DNA of 64,000 nt from Kiritimatiellia bacterium (GCA_027493775.1 JAOSKE010000002.1:407435-471434); one strand, 5' to 3'. Numbered from the stretch's first letter, positions 19,287 to 29,253 are shown. Notes: a model not told the origin generated them from the sequence alone. Translations and numbers: made by a program.

Positions 19287-20536
19287 ATACGACATCCACA
19301 TCTCACGTCAGCGGTTTCCGCTGCCTTCGTTGCGGCGCCGAGCAGCCGAAATCATTCGACGGAATGCTCTGCCCCCTCTGTGAATACAATCTCGACGTTG
19401 AATACAACTACGCCGCGATTGATCCGCACAACTGGATGAATGAGCGCGACGATTTGTTCCGCTACTCCGCGCTGCTGCCCGTCAGCAACTTGGGCCTGAC
19501 GCCGGTTCAGCGCGTCGGACAAACTCCGCTCTATCACGCCGCACGCGCAGGAAAAGCACGCGGCCTGAGTCAGCTTTATGTCAAAGACGACGGCATGAAC
19601 CCCAGCGCATCGTTCAAAGACCGCGCGGGCGCGGTGGCGCTGGTCGTCGCGCGCGAGCGCAACGCGAGCGTGATTGCCGCATCCACCACGGGCAATGCGG
19701 GCAGCTCCATGGCGGCCTTGACCGCAGGCGTAGGATTTCCGTGCGTCATTTTCGTCCCCGCGACCGCGCCCGCCGCCAAGATCGCGCAGCTTCTCGTCTT
19801 CGGTGCAAAAGTAATCGCGGTGCAGGGCACCTACGACCAGGCGTACGACCTTTGCGAAACGGCGTGCGAGGAGATGGGCTGGTTCAATCGCAATACGGGC
19901 TTCAACCCCTTCACACGCGAGGGAAAAAAAACCTGCTCGTTTGAAATCTGGGAGCAGTTGGGCGGACAGGCGCCGGATCACCTGTTGGTAGGATCGGGCG
20001 ATGGAAACATCATCAGCGGAATTTGGAAGGGCTTCCGCGACCTGCTCGCGCTCGGCCTGATCAAGAAAATGCCCGCGCTCTACAGTTGCCAATCCGAAAA
20101 AAGCGCGGCCATTGCCACCGCCGTTCGCGCCGTTCAAGACCGCTCCGCAGTGGACTGGAAGGCGCTGAAACTGCCGACGGTGAAATCGGAAACCCTTGCG
20201 GACTCCATTTCGGTGGACTACCCAAGCGACGGCATTGCAGCCATGCGCGCGATGTTTGAAACCGGCGGCGACGCAATTACGGTTTCCGAAGATGAAATTC
20301 TACGCGCCATCCCCGACCTTGCCCAATCCACCGGCGTCTTCGCCGAACCCGCCGCCACCGCCTGCTGGGCGGCATTGGACAAACTCTTAACAATGAAGAC
20401 CATCGCCCACGACGAAAAGGTCGTTTGCGTCATCACGGGCAACGGCCTGAAAGATGTCGCCAGCGCCAGAAAAACCGTGGGCCAGCCGATCACCGTGGAG
20501 CCGACGATAGAGGCCGTGATGGCGGCGATTACCTAG
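19283..20536 (+). CDS. threonine synthase-family PLP-dependent enzyme with N-terminal zinc ribbon
   Basis: N-terminal CxxC...CxxC (CLRCGAEQ...CPLCEY) and the PLP-lysine motif SFKDRAG typical of threonine synthase-like enzymes. Confidence 0.75.
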   Translation: MNTTSTSHVSGFRCLRCGAEQPKSFDGMLCPLCEYNLDVEYNYAAIDPHNWMNERDDLFRYSALLPVSNLGLTPVQRVGQTPLYHAARAGKARGLSQLYVKDDGMNPSASFKDRAGAVALVVARERNASVIAASTTGNAGSSMAALTAGVGFPCVIFVPATAPAAKIAQLLVFGAKVIAVQGTYDQAYDLCETACEEMGWFNRNTGFNPFTREGKKTCSFEIWEQLGGQAPDHLLVGSGDGNIISGIWKGFRDLLALGLIKKMPALYSCQSEKSAAIATAVRAVQDRSAVDWKALKLPTVKSETLADSISVDYPSDGIAAMRAMFETGGDAITVSEDEILRAIPDLAQSTGVFAEPAATACWAALDKLLTMKTIAHDEKVVCVITGNGLKDVASARKTVGQPITVEPTIEAVMAAIT

Positions 20537-20699
20537 CCAGCGCCCGACTCACAATCAAATTTTGCCGCAAGGCAAAACGACACCTGCGACAGACAGCTCG
20601 CCGGGACGCTTGCGGATAAACTCGCTTCGCACGCGCGATTAATAAGGCGCACGGCGCAAAGATATGCTTCACTCCGCGCCATCACTTAGGAGTTACCGA

Positions 20700-21743
20700 A
20701 TGAAATTGCTTCGCGTCCTGGCCGCCGGCAGCTTGTTATTGCCGGGTATTGCTTCCGCTGAATTCATCACCGGCGGACGACCACTCAATTCCAATAAGAC
20801 ATTTTCAGTCCACGCAACAGTCGGACAGGTCAGCGAAATCAGCGGCGGGGTGACGGAAACAACACGGCGACTTTTTGAACTCGAGGGCCGCAACCCCTCC
20901 ACCTTTGAGCCTGAAAGCTATACCTTCAAAGATCTCGGCATCAAGGACAGCGACATCACCTTCGGCCTCTCGCTGGAGAGGAATTGGAAATATTTCACCT
21001 TTCGCGGCGGCCTCTCCTATATGAGCGCGGATGCCAACGGCGCCCCGCCACGCGACTTCTTCATCGGCGTGAGCGACATTGACTTCAACGGGAAATCCTA
21101 CGAATACATGAAGCTGGAGAAAAATATCCCCTACACCGCTTCGATTGACTCCGCAATTATTGACGCGCGTTTGCAATGGACGCCGGTGACCTTCGGCGAG
21201 GACTACACCATTTCCTTCACCCCTCATGCACACCTCGGTTTCTTTGCGCTCGCGGGCACATTTGAAGTGGATCAAGGCGATCCGAAACGCATCCAGATTT
21301 ATGAAGACCCGCCACGCGAATATGTCGTCGGCGGGCACGGTGAAGGCACGGTGGCCGGGTTTGCGCCGGAAATAGGATTGGGCGGCGAAGTTCGCTTTTG
21401 GCTCGGACGCGACCGCCACGGAGATCGCGAGCTGGCGATACAGGGAACCTATGCCATTTTTCAATACAACGGATCATCCGACGCGCTCGGCGTCAGCTCG
21501 CGCAACGCAAAAGACCTCGATGTGGATTACAACATGATGGAGCTTCGCGCATCGCTGTATCTACCGATGAGCGACAAGATAGATCTGGTACTCGGCGCGG
21601 AATACAAGGCCATCAGCACCGACGCGGAGAGCAAGAGCAAGGCACGGACACTGAAAGAAGCGCAAAAGAACCGTGAGAAGTTCGACAAGGACATTGATCT
21701 CGACCTGACCATCATCAATGTCTTCGCGGGCATTCGATTCTAA
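20700..21743 (+). CDS. putative outer-membrane beta-barrel protein
   Basis: Signal peptide MKLLRVLAAGSLLLPGIASA, alternating hydrophobic pattern, C-terminal ...FAGIRF ending in Phe. Confidence 0.55.
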   Translation: MKLLRVLAAGSLLLPGIASAEFITGGRPLNSNKTFSVHATVGQVSEISGGVTETTRRLFELEGRNPSTFEPESYTFKDLGIKDSDITFGLSLERNWKYFTFRGGLSYMSADANGAPPRDFFIGVSDIDFNGKSYEYMKLEKNIPYTASIDSAIIDARLQWTPVTFGEDYTISFTPHAHLGFFALAGTFEVDQGDPKRIQIYEDPPREYVVGGHGEGTVAGFAPEIGLGGEVRFWLGRDRHGDRELAIQGTYAIFQYNGSSDALGVSSRNAKDLDVDYNMMELRASLYLPMSDKIDLVLGAEYKAISTDAESKSKARTLKEAQKNREKFDKDIDLDLTIINVFAGIRF

Positions 21744-21760
21744 AGCGACGGCAGGTCGTT

Positions 21761-21792
21761 AAAAAACAAGCCGGACGGGTTCGGCCCGTCCG
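21761..21792 (-). terminator. rho-independent terminator after the AsmA-like gene (bidirectional candidate)
   Basis: Minus strand reads GGACGGGCCGAACCCGTCC followed by GGCTTGTTTTTT, between the convergent outer-membrane and AsmA-like genes. Confidence 0.5.
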
Positions 21793-21814
21793 ACTTGGTT
21801 AATTCCTCGCAGCG

Positions 21815-22783
21815 TTATTTGCTGGCAGGCTCTTCGGCCTCGCCCTCGTCTTTTTTGTCGTCTGCGCCGAACAGCCCGCCAATTCCCTTAACCACGCTGC
21901 CCGCGCCATCAAGCACTGCCCCACCGGCGGAAGCCGCCGCGCCGCCGACGGCTTTCGCGCCACCCGCCACAGCTCCACCAACCGCGGCCGCGCCATCCAC
22001 GGCTGCCCCGCCGACTGCAGTGGCTCCGTCCACTGCGACGCCGCCCACAGCCATTGCTCCGTCACCGACGGCTTTCGCTCCCTCGCCGACGAGCTTTCCA
22101 GCGCCCGTCGCAACCTGCGTCGCGCTGCCCAAAATGGCCTTTACGATGCGGGCAAGGACATCCGTCAAACTCGCGCCATCGTCTTCCTTGCCGATATCGC
22201 GCAGCGTCAGCGGCGGGAGCGGAAGCGGCGCGGATAGTCCCGCCATTCCCTTGATGCTCAAATTAAGCTGTGCGCCCGAAATGCTGATTTCATCAATGAC
22301 GACTTTCTTGCCGCCTTCCTCTTTCTTTTCATTTTTTGAGGCGGGCGTCCCTTCCCCGCTCTCTTTCTTTTCGCCTTCCAAATTTTCCAGCAATGCGCCG
22401 AGGTTGCTCTTGGTCAACCCGCGTTCCAGCGTGATCTTCGGATCCTTGATTTCAATCTTTTGAATCCGAATCGTGTCGCTCATCAGCGAGCGCGTATCCA
22501 TTTTGATGTCGAGGTAGCCGAGATCGAAAATGCCATCGGTCTGGAAACCTTCCGGATTGCCGACGTGCAACCCGGCGAGATACACGTGGCCGGCAAGCGG
22601 GCGCAATTTGGCGTCCTGCAGCGACACCGGAACGCCGAGCACCATCGGGCCGCCGGTATTTACCGCCTGCTTAATTGTTGCTCCGCCGAAATAGCGGAGG
22701 AAGAACACGAGGCCGACCAGAATAAGCACGAGGACAATTATGATTTTCTTTAGTGTTTTCACGATTCTTTCCCTTTCCCACAA
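21815..22783 (-). CDS. AsmA-like membrane-anchored protein with Gly/Ala-rich 8-residue tandem repeats
   Basis: N-terminal TM helix (KKIIIVLVLILVGLVFF) and AsmA-like N-domain; the C-terminal third is (A/V)VGG(A/V)AVDGA repeats. The opposite-strand ORF 21795-22463 is judged an artefact of the repeat. Confidence 0.55.
   Translation of the reverse strand: MWERERIVKTLKKIIIVLVLILVGLVFFLRYFGGATIKQAVNTGGPMVLGVPVSLQDAKLRPLAGHVYLAGLHVGNPEGFQTDGIFDLGYLDIKMDTRSLMSDTIRIQKIEIKDPKITLERGLTKSNLGALLENLEGEKKESGEGTPASKNEKKEEGGKKVVIDEISISGAQLNLSIKGMAGLSAPLPLPPLTLRDIGKEDDGASLTDVLARIVKAILGSATQVATGAGKLVGEGAKAVGDGAMAVGGVAVDGATAVGGAAVDGAAAVGGAVAGGAKAVGGAAASAGGAVLDGAGSVVKGIGGLFGADDKKDEGEAEEPASK
21910..22100. repeat. 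imperfect ~24-nt tandem repeats encoding the Gly/Ala-rich octapeptide repeats of the AsmA-like protein
   Basis: Repeated GCx-GCC/ACG-GCT-units (e.g. GCCGCCCACAGCCATTGCTCCGTC variants) visible on the forward strand; corresponds to AVGG(A/V)AVDGA repeats on the minus-strand protein. Confidence 0.6.
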
Positions 22784-22881
22784 ACAGGCCTCAAACCATA
22801 CCCCGGCTCTACGGCGGATACAACGTCATCTTTGGCCGCGCGTGGCTTGCCCGCAGCATCGCCACCCGCTAAAATAAGGAG

Positions 22882-23073
22882 ATGGGGAAAAAAGCCAATA
22901 GTCCCGGTGCGCTTGTGCGCGCATGGTTTGCGGTGACACCGCAAGAACGGCGTTTATTGTTCGGGATTCTGGCGGTGACTCTGCTCGGCTTCACGCTTCG
23001 TTACTTTTATCTGCGCGCCAGCGAGCCGACGGCGACCGAGCCACCGGGCAACGCCGGTGCCTTTAATCCCTAG
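22882..23073 (+). CDS. small hypothetical membrane protein
   Basis: 63-aa ORF with one predicted TM helix (LLFGILAVTLLGFTL) directly upstream of the HIT gene; the AAGGAG abuts the ATG, so the start is uncertain. Confidence 0.3.
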   Translation: MGKKANSPGALVRAWFAVTPQERRLLFGILAVTLLGFTLRYFYLRASEPTATEPPGNAGAFNP

Positions 23074-23085
23074 GGAGTCTGCACG

Positions 23086-23505
23086 ATGAGCAATTGTATT
23101 TTCTGCAAAATTGTTCGCGGCGAATTGCCGTGCGAGAAACTGTACGAGGACGACAGCGTCCTCGCCTTCATGGACATCGGGCCGATTGTGAAGGGCCACG
23201 CGCTGGTTATTCCGAAAGCGCACCACGATCCGTTGACGGATGTTCCCACGGAACTGCTCGGCAAAATAATGACTGTCGTCCAACGCATCGCGCGGGCGCA
23301 ACGCGACGGGCTGGGAGCGGACGGCGTGAACATCCACCAAGCCAACGGAAAGGCTGCGGGCCAGGAAGTCTGGCACACACACTTTCATGTCATACCGCGA
23401 TTTGCAAATGATGGGCACTCTTGGAACTGGCGCGCCCAAAAATATGAGCAGCGCGAAGAAATGCAGGCGCTGGCCGGAAAAATTCGCGGGGCGCTGCCGT
23501 CATAG
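23086..23505 (+). CDS. HIT-family (histidine triad) hydrolase
   Basis: HIT motif HTHFHVIPR and N-terminal CIFCKI. Confidence 0.85.
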   Translation: MSNCIFCKIVRGELPCEKLYEDDSVLAFMDIGPIVKGHALVIPKAHHDPLTDVPTELLGKIMTVVQRIARAQRDGLGADGVNIHQANGKAAGQEVWHTHFHVIPRFANDGHSWNWRAQKYEQREEMQALAGKIRGALPS

Positions 23506-23560
23506 GTCCCGCTCGGCGCTTTGCGTTTCATACCACGTGTGCTAAGCTTGTGGCCCTTGT

Positions 23561-23980
23561 ATGAAGAAGATTAATTTTCAGGAAGCGTTGAATCAGGTTA
23601 TCAAGGACGATCCCCGCTTTGCAGAGGATGCGTATGTATTTCTGCGCGAAGCGCTCGACTTTACAGTCAAGCTGCTTGACAAACCGACAGAAGGTCCGGC
23701 CCGCCACATCAGTGGACAGGAGCTGATACAGGGCATCCGCCAATACGCACTGCAAGAATTCGGCCCGCTCGCTCTTCGCGTGCTCAACACATGGGGCATT
23801 CACCGGACCCTAGACTTCGGTGAAATGGTCTACAACCTGATCCGTGTCGGGATCATGGGCAAAACGGACGAGGATCGCGTGGAAGACTTCGCGAACGGTT
23901 TTGATTTTGAAGACGCCTTCACAAAGCCGTTTCAGCCGCGCCGTCAAACTCGGGCAGCGCGTGCCGCAGGCCTGAATTAG
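23561..23980 (+). CDS. conserved hypothetical protein (resembles the Minf_1886 family of Planctomycetes/Verrucomicrobia)
   Basis: 139-aa ORF MKKINFQEALNQVIKDDPRFAEDAYVFLREALDFTV...; the family assignment is from memory, not a search. Confidence 0.5.
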   Translation: MKKINFQEALNQVIKDDPRFAEDAYVFLREALDFTVKLLDKPTEGPARHISGQELIQGIRQYALQEFGPLALRVLNTWGIHRTLDFGEMVYNLIRVGIMGKTDEDRVEDFANGFDFEDAFTKPFQPRRQTRAARAAGLN

Positions 23981-23997
23981 CCGACGCAACCAGTCTT

Positions 23998-26642
23998 ATG
24001 CGCAACTCCATCAAAACTCTGACCGCGCTCATTTGCGCGTGTTTTATCCTATCCCCCTTTATGAAAAATGCCTCCGCCGGAACTCTGGATGTCTTGCGTG
24101 AATCAAACAAACCCCTGCGCCGCGTGGTGCTCGATAACGGCATGGTGTGCCTGATCAAACCCGACGCAAGTGCGCCGGTGGTGGCGGTACAAATCTGGGT
24201 CGGCTCGGGATCCATTCACGAGGGCAAATGGCTGGGCGCGGGTCTTTCGCACTACATGGAGCACATGATTTTCAAGGGCACCCCGACGCGCGGCCCGTCT
24301 GAAATCACAAAAGCAATTGACGATGCCGGGGGTGAAATTAACGCATACACGGCGCAGGATCGCACGGTTTTCTACGCGGATTTGCCCTCCCGCAACTGGA
24401 ACGTCGGGGTGGATGTTCTCGCGGACGCGGTGATGCACGCCTCGCTTCCAGAGGATGAATGGGAGCGCGAAAAAGAAGTTATCCTCCGCGAATTTGCCAT
24501 GGGCGACGACAACCCCGACCGGTTATTGAGCAAGTTGCTGTGGAGCACAGCCTATCGCATCCACCCCTATCGCTTCCCTGTCATCGGCTACGAAGAGATT
24601 TTCCGCGCGATGACGCGCAACGAACTGGAAGAGTACTTTCACCAGCACTATGTCCCGGACAATATGATTACGGTCGTAGTCGGGGACATTGATCTGGACG
24701 AAGTGGAGGCGCACCTCCGGGACGTTTTCAGCGCCTTCCAGCGGCGCGCGCATGCAGCACCCTCTCTCCCCACCGAACCGACACAAGTCGCCCCGCGCGA
24801 GGCGCGAAAAATTTCGCCGGTCGAAGTCAGCCGACTCGCAATGGCCTGGCATACGGTCTCATTGGATCATCCCGACGTGCCCGCACTCGACCTGCTCGCG
24901 ACCCTTGCCGGACAGGGGCGCAGCTCCCGCCTGGAAGCGCGCTTGAAGGAGCGCGAGCAACTCGCGCACGGCATTGGCGCATGGTCATGGAACCCACGCG
25001 ACATGGGGCTGTTCACGATCACTGCAAATTTCGATCCGGACAACGAGCAGGCGCTCCGCGCGTCGCTTGACGAAGAGCTCGCCATCTGGCGCGAAGGCAA
25101 TTTCCGCGCGGACGAAATAGAAAAGGCGCGGCGCAACCTGATGGTGTCCGAGCTGGACGATCTAGAAACCATGCACGGCCAAGCATCGAGCTACGCATCC
25201 GGCGAGTATTACACCGGGAATCCGCGCTTCTCGGAAATCTATATAGCCAACCTCGCGCGCGTGACACCGGAAAAGATCGGCGAAGTCGCGCGTCGCTATC
25301 TGAACCCGGAGCAGCGCACCACCGTCATCCTTTCGCCTCCGACAACCAACGAGGCAAAGTCGGCCGAATCGAATCACACCAACTCGCCGAACATCTCGCG
25401 GTTCACATTGAGCAACGGGGTTCCCGTCATCGTCCGCGAAGACCACCGGCTTCCGTTCGTCTATGCGGCCGCCGTGCTCGGCGGCGGACTGCTCTCGGAG
25501 AACGAAACCAACAACGGCATCACCGTTCTGATGGGTGACCTGCTGACACGCGGCACCGCAAAACACACGGCGGAAGAAATTGCTGTCGAGGTGGAGCAGC
25601 GCGGCGCGGCGCTTAATGCGTTCTCCGGTCGCAACAGCTTCGGACTCGCCGCCCAGATGCTCGCGGAAGACACAGACGCGATATTCTCTCTCTTTGCGGA
25701 ATGTCTGCTCGGCTCCACCTTTCCCGAATCGGAATTTGAAAAACAGCGAGCCTTGCAAATGGCAACCATCCGTCGCCAACGCGAGCAGCCGATGTATATC
25801 GCGCAGGAGGCCCTGCGCAAGATGCTGTTCCCCGGACATCCGTACCGCTTCAACTCGGCGGGCAGCGCCGAATCCTTGAAAACTCTGACGGCTGACGCTG
25901 TCCGCGAACACTACCAACAGCTCGTGACCCGCTCCAACCTCGTCGTCTCGCTCTTCGGCGACATCACGCGCGAGGAGGCGGAGGCGTTGGCGGAAAAATA
26001 TCTGGCCGCAACGCCCAACGGCTCCAAGCCTAATCTGAAACGCGCCGCGCCCACGCCCACCCTCCCCGCAAGCGCCGAACAAACGCAACCAAAGGAACAG
26101 GCCATTCTGCTCATGGCCTATCCCGGCATTGATGTGACCGACCCGCGTGTGGACGCGCTAAATGTTCTCCAAAAAGCGCTCAGCGGTCTCTCGTCCGATC
26201 TCGGCATCGAGATTCGCGAGAAGCGCGGGCTGGTTTATTACGTCGGAGCATTCAGCCTCGTCGCGACGGATCCCGGCTTCTTCGCCCTCTACGCGGGCAC
26301 GCGCGAGGAAGCGATTCCGGAAGTCGAAAGGCTAATGACTGCGGAACTCGAACGCATTCGCACAGAGGGAATTCGCACCGACGAATTTGAGCGGGCGCGC
26401 GCACAGCTTGTCGCAGAGGCGAGTATGAGTTTGCAAGACAACGGCGGACTCGCGAGCGCTTGCGCACTGAACGAACTCTACGGTCTGGGCTATCGCCATC
26501 CCCTTGAACAAGAGCAACGCCTGCGCGCGCGCTGACGCCCGAAGACGTGCGCACGCTGGCCGACAGTTTGATTGTAGAACAACAACGCGCAATTTCCATC
26601 GTTCATCCCGCATCCGTGCAAAAGGACTCCGACAATGAGTGA
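23998..26642 (+). CDS. M16-family (pitrilysin-like) zinc peptidase, two-unit fused; frameshifted in a (GC)n repeat at 26523-26532
   Basis: Signal peptide, inverted zinc motif HYMEHMIF and a second inactive M16 unit. The ORF track stops at 26535 (...EQRLRAR-stop) but the adjacent frame continues LTPEDVRTLADSLIVEQQRAISIVHPASVQKDSDNE-stop (26642). Confidence 0.75.
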
Positions 26643-27012
26643 TTCAAAACAAAACAAAGAGCTTTTCGCGCAACTGGTACTCTCTCTCGCCCAGTCGGCC
26701 TTGATCGGGCTGGGCAAGGTTCTCCATCCGGCGACAGGGAAAGCAGAAGTTGACCTTCCCGGCGCTCAACAGGCCATTGACCTGATTGACATGCTGGAGT
26801 CAAAGACCAAGGGCAATATTGACGCGGAAGAAGAGCGTATGCTCAAAACCACGCTCAGCATGTTGAAGCTCAACTACGTCGAAACCTCCAACGCGCCGAA
26901 GAGCGAAACCCGACCGCCCGTCGCCGCGTCAGAGCCCGCCGCGCCAACGGACGACGCAAATCCGGCTCCCGACAGCGACGAAAAAGTAAAGTTCCGCAAG
27001 ACCTACGGCTGA
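26635..27012 (+). CDS. DUF1844-like protein
   Basis: 125 aa; MSDSKQNKELFAQLVLSLAQSALIGLGK...IDLIDMLESKTKGNI pattern. The start overlaps the M16 peptidase stop. Confidence 0.6.
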   Translation: MSDSKQNKELFAQLVLSLAQSALIGLGKVLHPATGKAEVDLPGAQQAIDLIDMLESKTKGNIDAEEERMLKTTLSMLKLNYVETSNAPKSETRPPVAASEPAAPTDDANPAPDSDEKVKFRKTYG

Positions 27013-27044
27013 AAAATCGGCAAGGGGTTCGGCAAATCCTTAAA

Positions 27045-28070
27045 TCACTCCGCGTCGCGCGTGAGGTCAATCCAGACCGGGTAATGGTCGGAGGCGTGGC
27101 CATTCTGACCAGGCAAGTCGCTGATACGCTCGCTCACCCCGCGCTGCAACACGCCCGGCGCGCCGACGCGCCACGGGTAATTTGTTGCGTCGCCGGCGGC
27201 ATACACCCGATCAAAACAGGCTGGCGGAAATTCCAGCGCGGGATCCCCATAACGGGTCGGAATGGTTGTCCGTTCATGCAACGGCGCGCCGTTCCACAAA
27301 TCGGCCCACGAGCGAAGCGGACTCAATGACCAATCGCCTTCAAATTCCTTCGACTCAGGGTCCACATTGAAATCGCCAATAACCAGCAACTCCTGCGTGG
27401 CCGTGGAGTCTTTTTGAAGCGCCTTCGCATCCGCAACCAGCTCGTCCAGAGCGTGCTTGCGCTTGTTCATATTGCGTGGGGTGTATCCAAAATTCGACTT
27501 GAGGTGAACCCCATATACCGTCAGCAAATGGTCGCCTCCCAAATCAAAGGTCGCGCGAAGCAGGCCGCGCGGCGGACGACCTGCGCCCGTGGTCGGGCCG
27601 AAATCCAGTTCGACCAACTCCTTCGGCTCAATTCGTGAGAGGATCGCAAGGTTGAGTCTTTCCGCATTCGACTCGCCGTCACCCAGCCTAGTCACCCAGC
27701 CGAATGGAAACGGTTTTTCAAGCGCGTCGTTCAGCATTTTGAGCGAATGTTCGTTCTCAATTTCCGCAAGCATCACCACATCAGGGTTAATTTCCTGCAC
27801 CAGCGACGCCGCATTCTTCGCCTGGGCCTGCGCATCGTCCAATGTACGCGCCGGGCCATCGTTGTCGGCATCGGTAAAGTTTTCAATGTTGTAGAACGCA
27901 ACGCGAATACGCTCGCCGACCGACGCAGCCTCCTTTTTCTTGTTCCAAACCTCGAAGGGGTGATCCCGCCGAATCTCGCCGGAATAGGAGAAGTCGTTCG
28001 TTTTTTTCTGCGCGGAACTCGCCGCAACGGCGAACGCGCCCAACACGAGGATCAGAGCTGCCTTCTTCAT
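27045..28070 (-). CDS. secreted endonuclease/exonuclease/phosphatase (EEP) family protein
   Basis: Signal peptide MKKAALILVLGAFAVAASSA; EEP-like motifs (VAFYNIENF, VMLAEIENE, LVIGDFN, SDHYPVWIDL). Confidence 0.7.
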   Translation of the reverse strand: MKKAALILVLGAFAVAASSAQKKTNDFSYSGEIRRDHPFEVWNKKKEAASVGERIRVAFYNIENFTDADNDGPARTLDDAQAQAKNAASLVQEINPDVVMLAEIENEHSLKMLNDALEKPFPFGWVTRLGDGESNAERLNLAILSRIEPKELVELDFGPTTGAGRPPRGLLRATFDLGGDHLLTVYGVHLKSNFGYTPRNMNKRKHALDELVADAKALQKDSTATQELLVIGDFNVDPESKEFEGDWSLSPLRSWADLWNGAPLHERTTIPTRYGDPALEFPPACFDRVYAAGDATNYPWRVGAPGVLQRGVSERISDLPGQNGHASDHYPVWIDLTRDAE

Positions 28071-28129
28071 AGCGTAAGTTTGAAGGATTCTGACGAAGGC
28101 GCAAGCGCCAAATCCGGCGGCGGTAATGA

Positions 28130-29056
28130 CTATTCTTTTACGGGCTTTTCGGGGACAAGGACGGAAAGGACACGAGGCTCCACGGAGACTTCCACCTCCG
28201 CTTCGCTCTCCTGTAATTCGCCATCCACCTGAATCACGGCTTTTTTTTCGCGCCGCACACGCATCTGTTTGAAGCGATGCGTCACAACACCCGGAAGACC
28301 GTCGAGGGTGCCGTCAAAAAAGCGCGGAACATTGGCAAGCGCCCGGCCCGTTTCCGGTTTTTCAATAACGACCAGCTCAAGCAAGCCATCGTCAGGTTCG
28401 GCGGTCGGCGCAATGCGGAGACCACCTCCGAATTGCGTCAGGTTCGCAGCCGTAAAAACCAATGGCGAATGGAACTCAAGTTTCTCACGGCCATCCAGCG
28501 TCACCTCGAAACGTTGCGGCTGGTAATCAAACATTTCATACGCCGCAGCAAACACGTAGGGAATAATTCCTCGAAACGGAAATGTCTCAATCGTCCGCAC
28601 AAGCGAAGCGTCTGCGGCCATGCTACAGGTAATAAAGAATGGACGCCCGTTCGCAACACCCACATCAATCTTTCGCACTGTGGCGCGCGTCAATGCCTTC
28701 GCCGCGGCTTCGATGTTCAACGGAACTCCGAAATGCCGCGCGAATCCATTTCCGCTTCCCGTCGGAATCACACCGAGCGCAACGTCACTCCCGATCAGCT
28801 CCGAACCGATCGTGTTCACGATGCCGTCTCCACCCATCACCAGAACCACGCTCACGCCATCGCCAACCGCGCGACGAGCCTTGCGGCGGCCATCCTGTTC
28901 GTTGTTGCTGAATTCAAAAGAGACATCGCAGCCCAACTCGCTCCAATGCCGGTTGACCGAGTGAACCACATCATCCAATGAATGGCCGCGCCCACTGTGC
29001 GGATTCATCAATACCCGCACGAGCTTCCGCTTCGCCACAGTTCCAACATCACTCAT
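28130..29056 (-). CDS. diacylglycerol kinase-family lipid kinase (YegS/DagK catalytic domain)
   Basis: GGDGT-type motif VLVMGGDGIVNT and conserved downstream GxIPxGSGNxFA. Confidence 0.8.
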   Translation of the reverse strand: MSDVGTVAKRKLVRVLMNPHSGRGHSLDDVVHSVNRHWSELGCDVSFEFSNNEQDGRRKARRAVGDGVSVVLVMGGDGIVNTIGSELIGSDVALGVIPTGSGNGFARHFGVPLNIEAAAKALTRATVRKIDVGVANGRPFFITCSMAADASLVRTIETFPFRGIIPYVFAAAYEMFDYQPQRFEVTLDGREKLEFHSPLVFTAANLTQFGGGLRIAPTAEPDDGLLELVVIEKPETGRALANVPRFFDGTLDGLPGVVTHRFKQMRVRREKKAVIQVDGELQESEAEVEVSVEPRVLSVLVPEKPVKE

Positions 29057-29237
29057 GCTTGAACTTTACCATCAATAAACAATTTTGGCGATAAAAAGCC
29101 CCCCACTCGCCCAACTGCGCCACATCGTCACCACTTGTTCGTACAAGATGCCGAAAGCGTCATTATGTCACACAGCCCGTCGCCCAGTGAAGATAGTAAC
29201 ATTATGACTACCAACGCTTTATTCGAGTTTAACAAAC

Positions 29238-29253
29238 CTGGCACGCGCAATGC
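29238..29253 (+). promoter_or_regulatory. sigma-54 (-24/-12) type promoter upstream of the hsp20 operon
   Basis: CTGGCACGCGCAATGC: TGGCACG exact, GG (29240-41) and GC (29252-53) at the canonical spacing; -12 element ATGC versus consensus TTGC. About 33 nt upstream of ATG 29286. Confidence 0.5.

Noticed and set aside
21795-22463. 222-aa Pro/Ala/Thr-rich plus-strand ORF
   Set aside because: It is the reverse-complement reading of the Gly/Ala repeat region; the minus-strand gene has a TM anchor and AsmA-like N-domain, so the minus strand is taken as coding.
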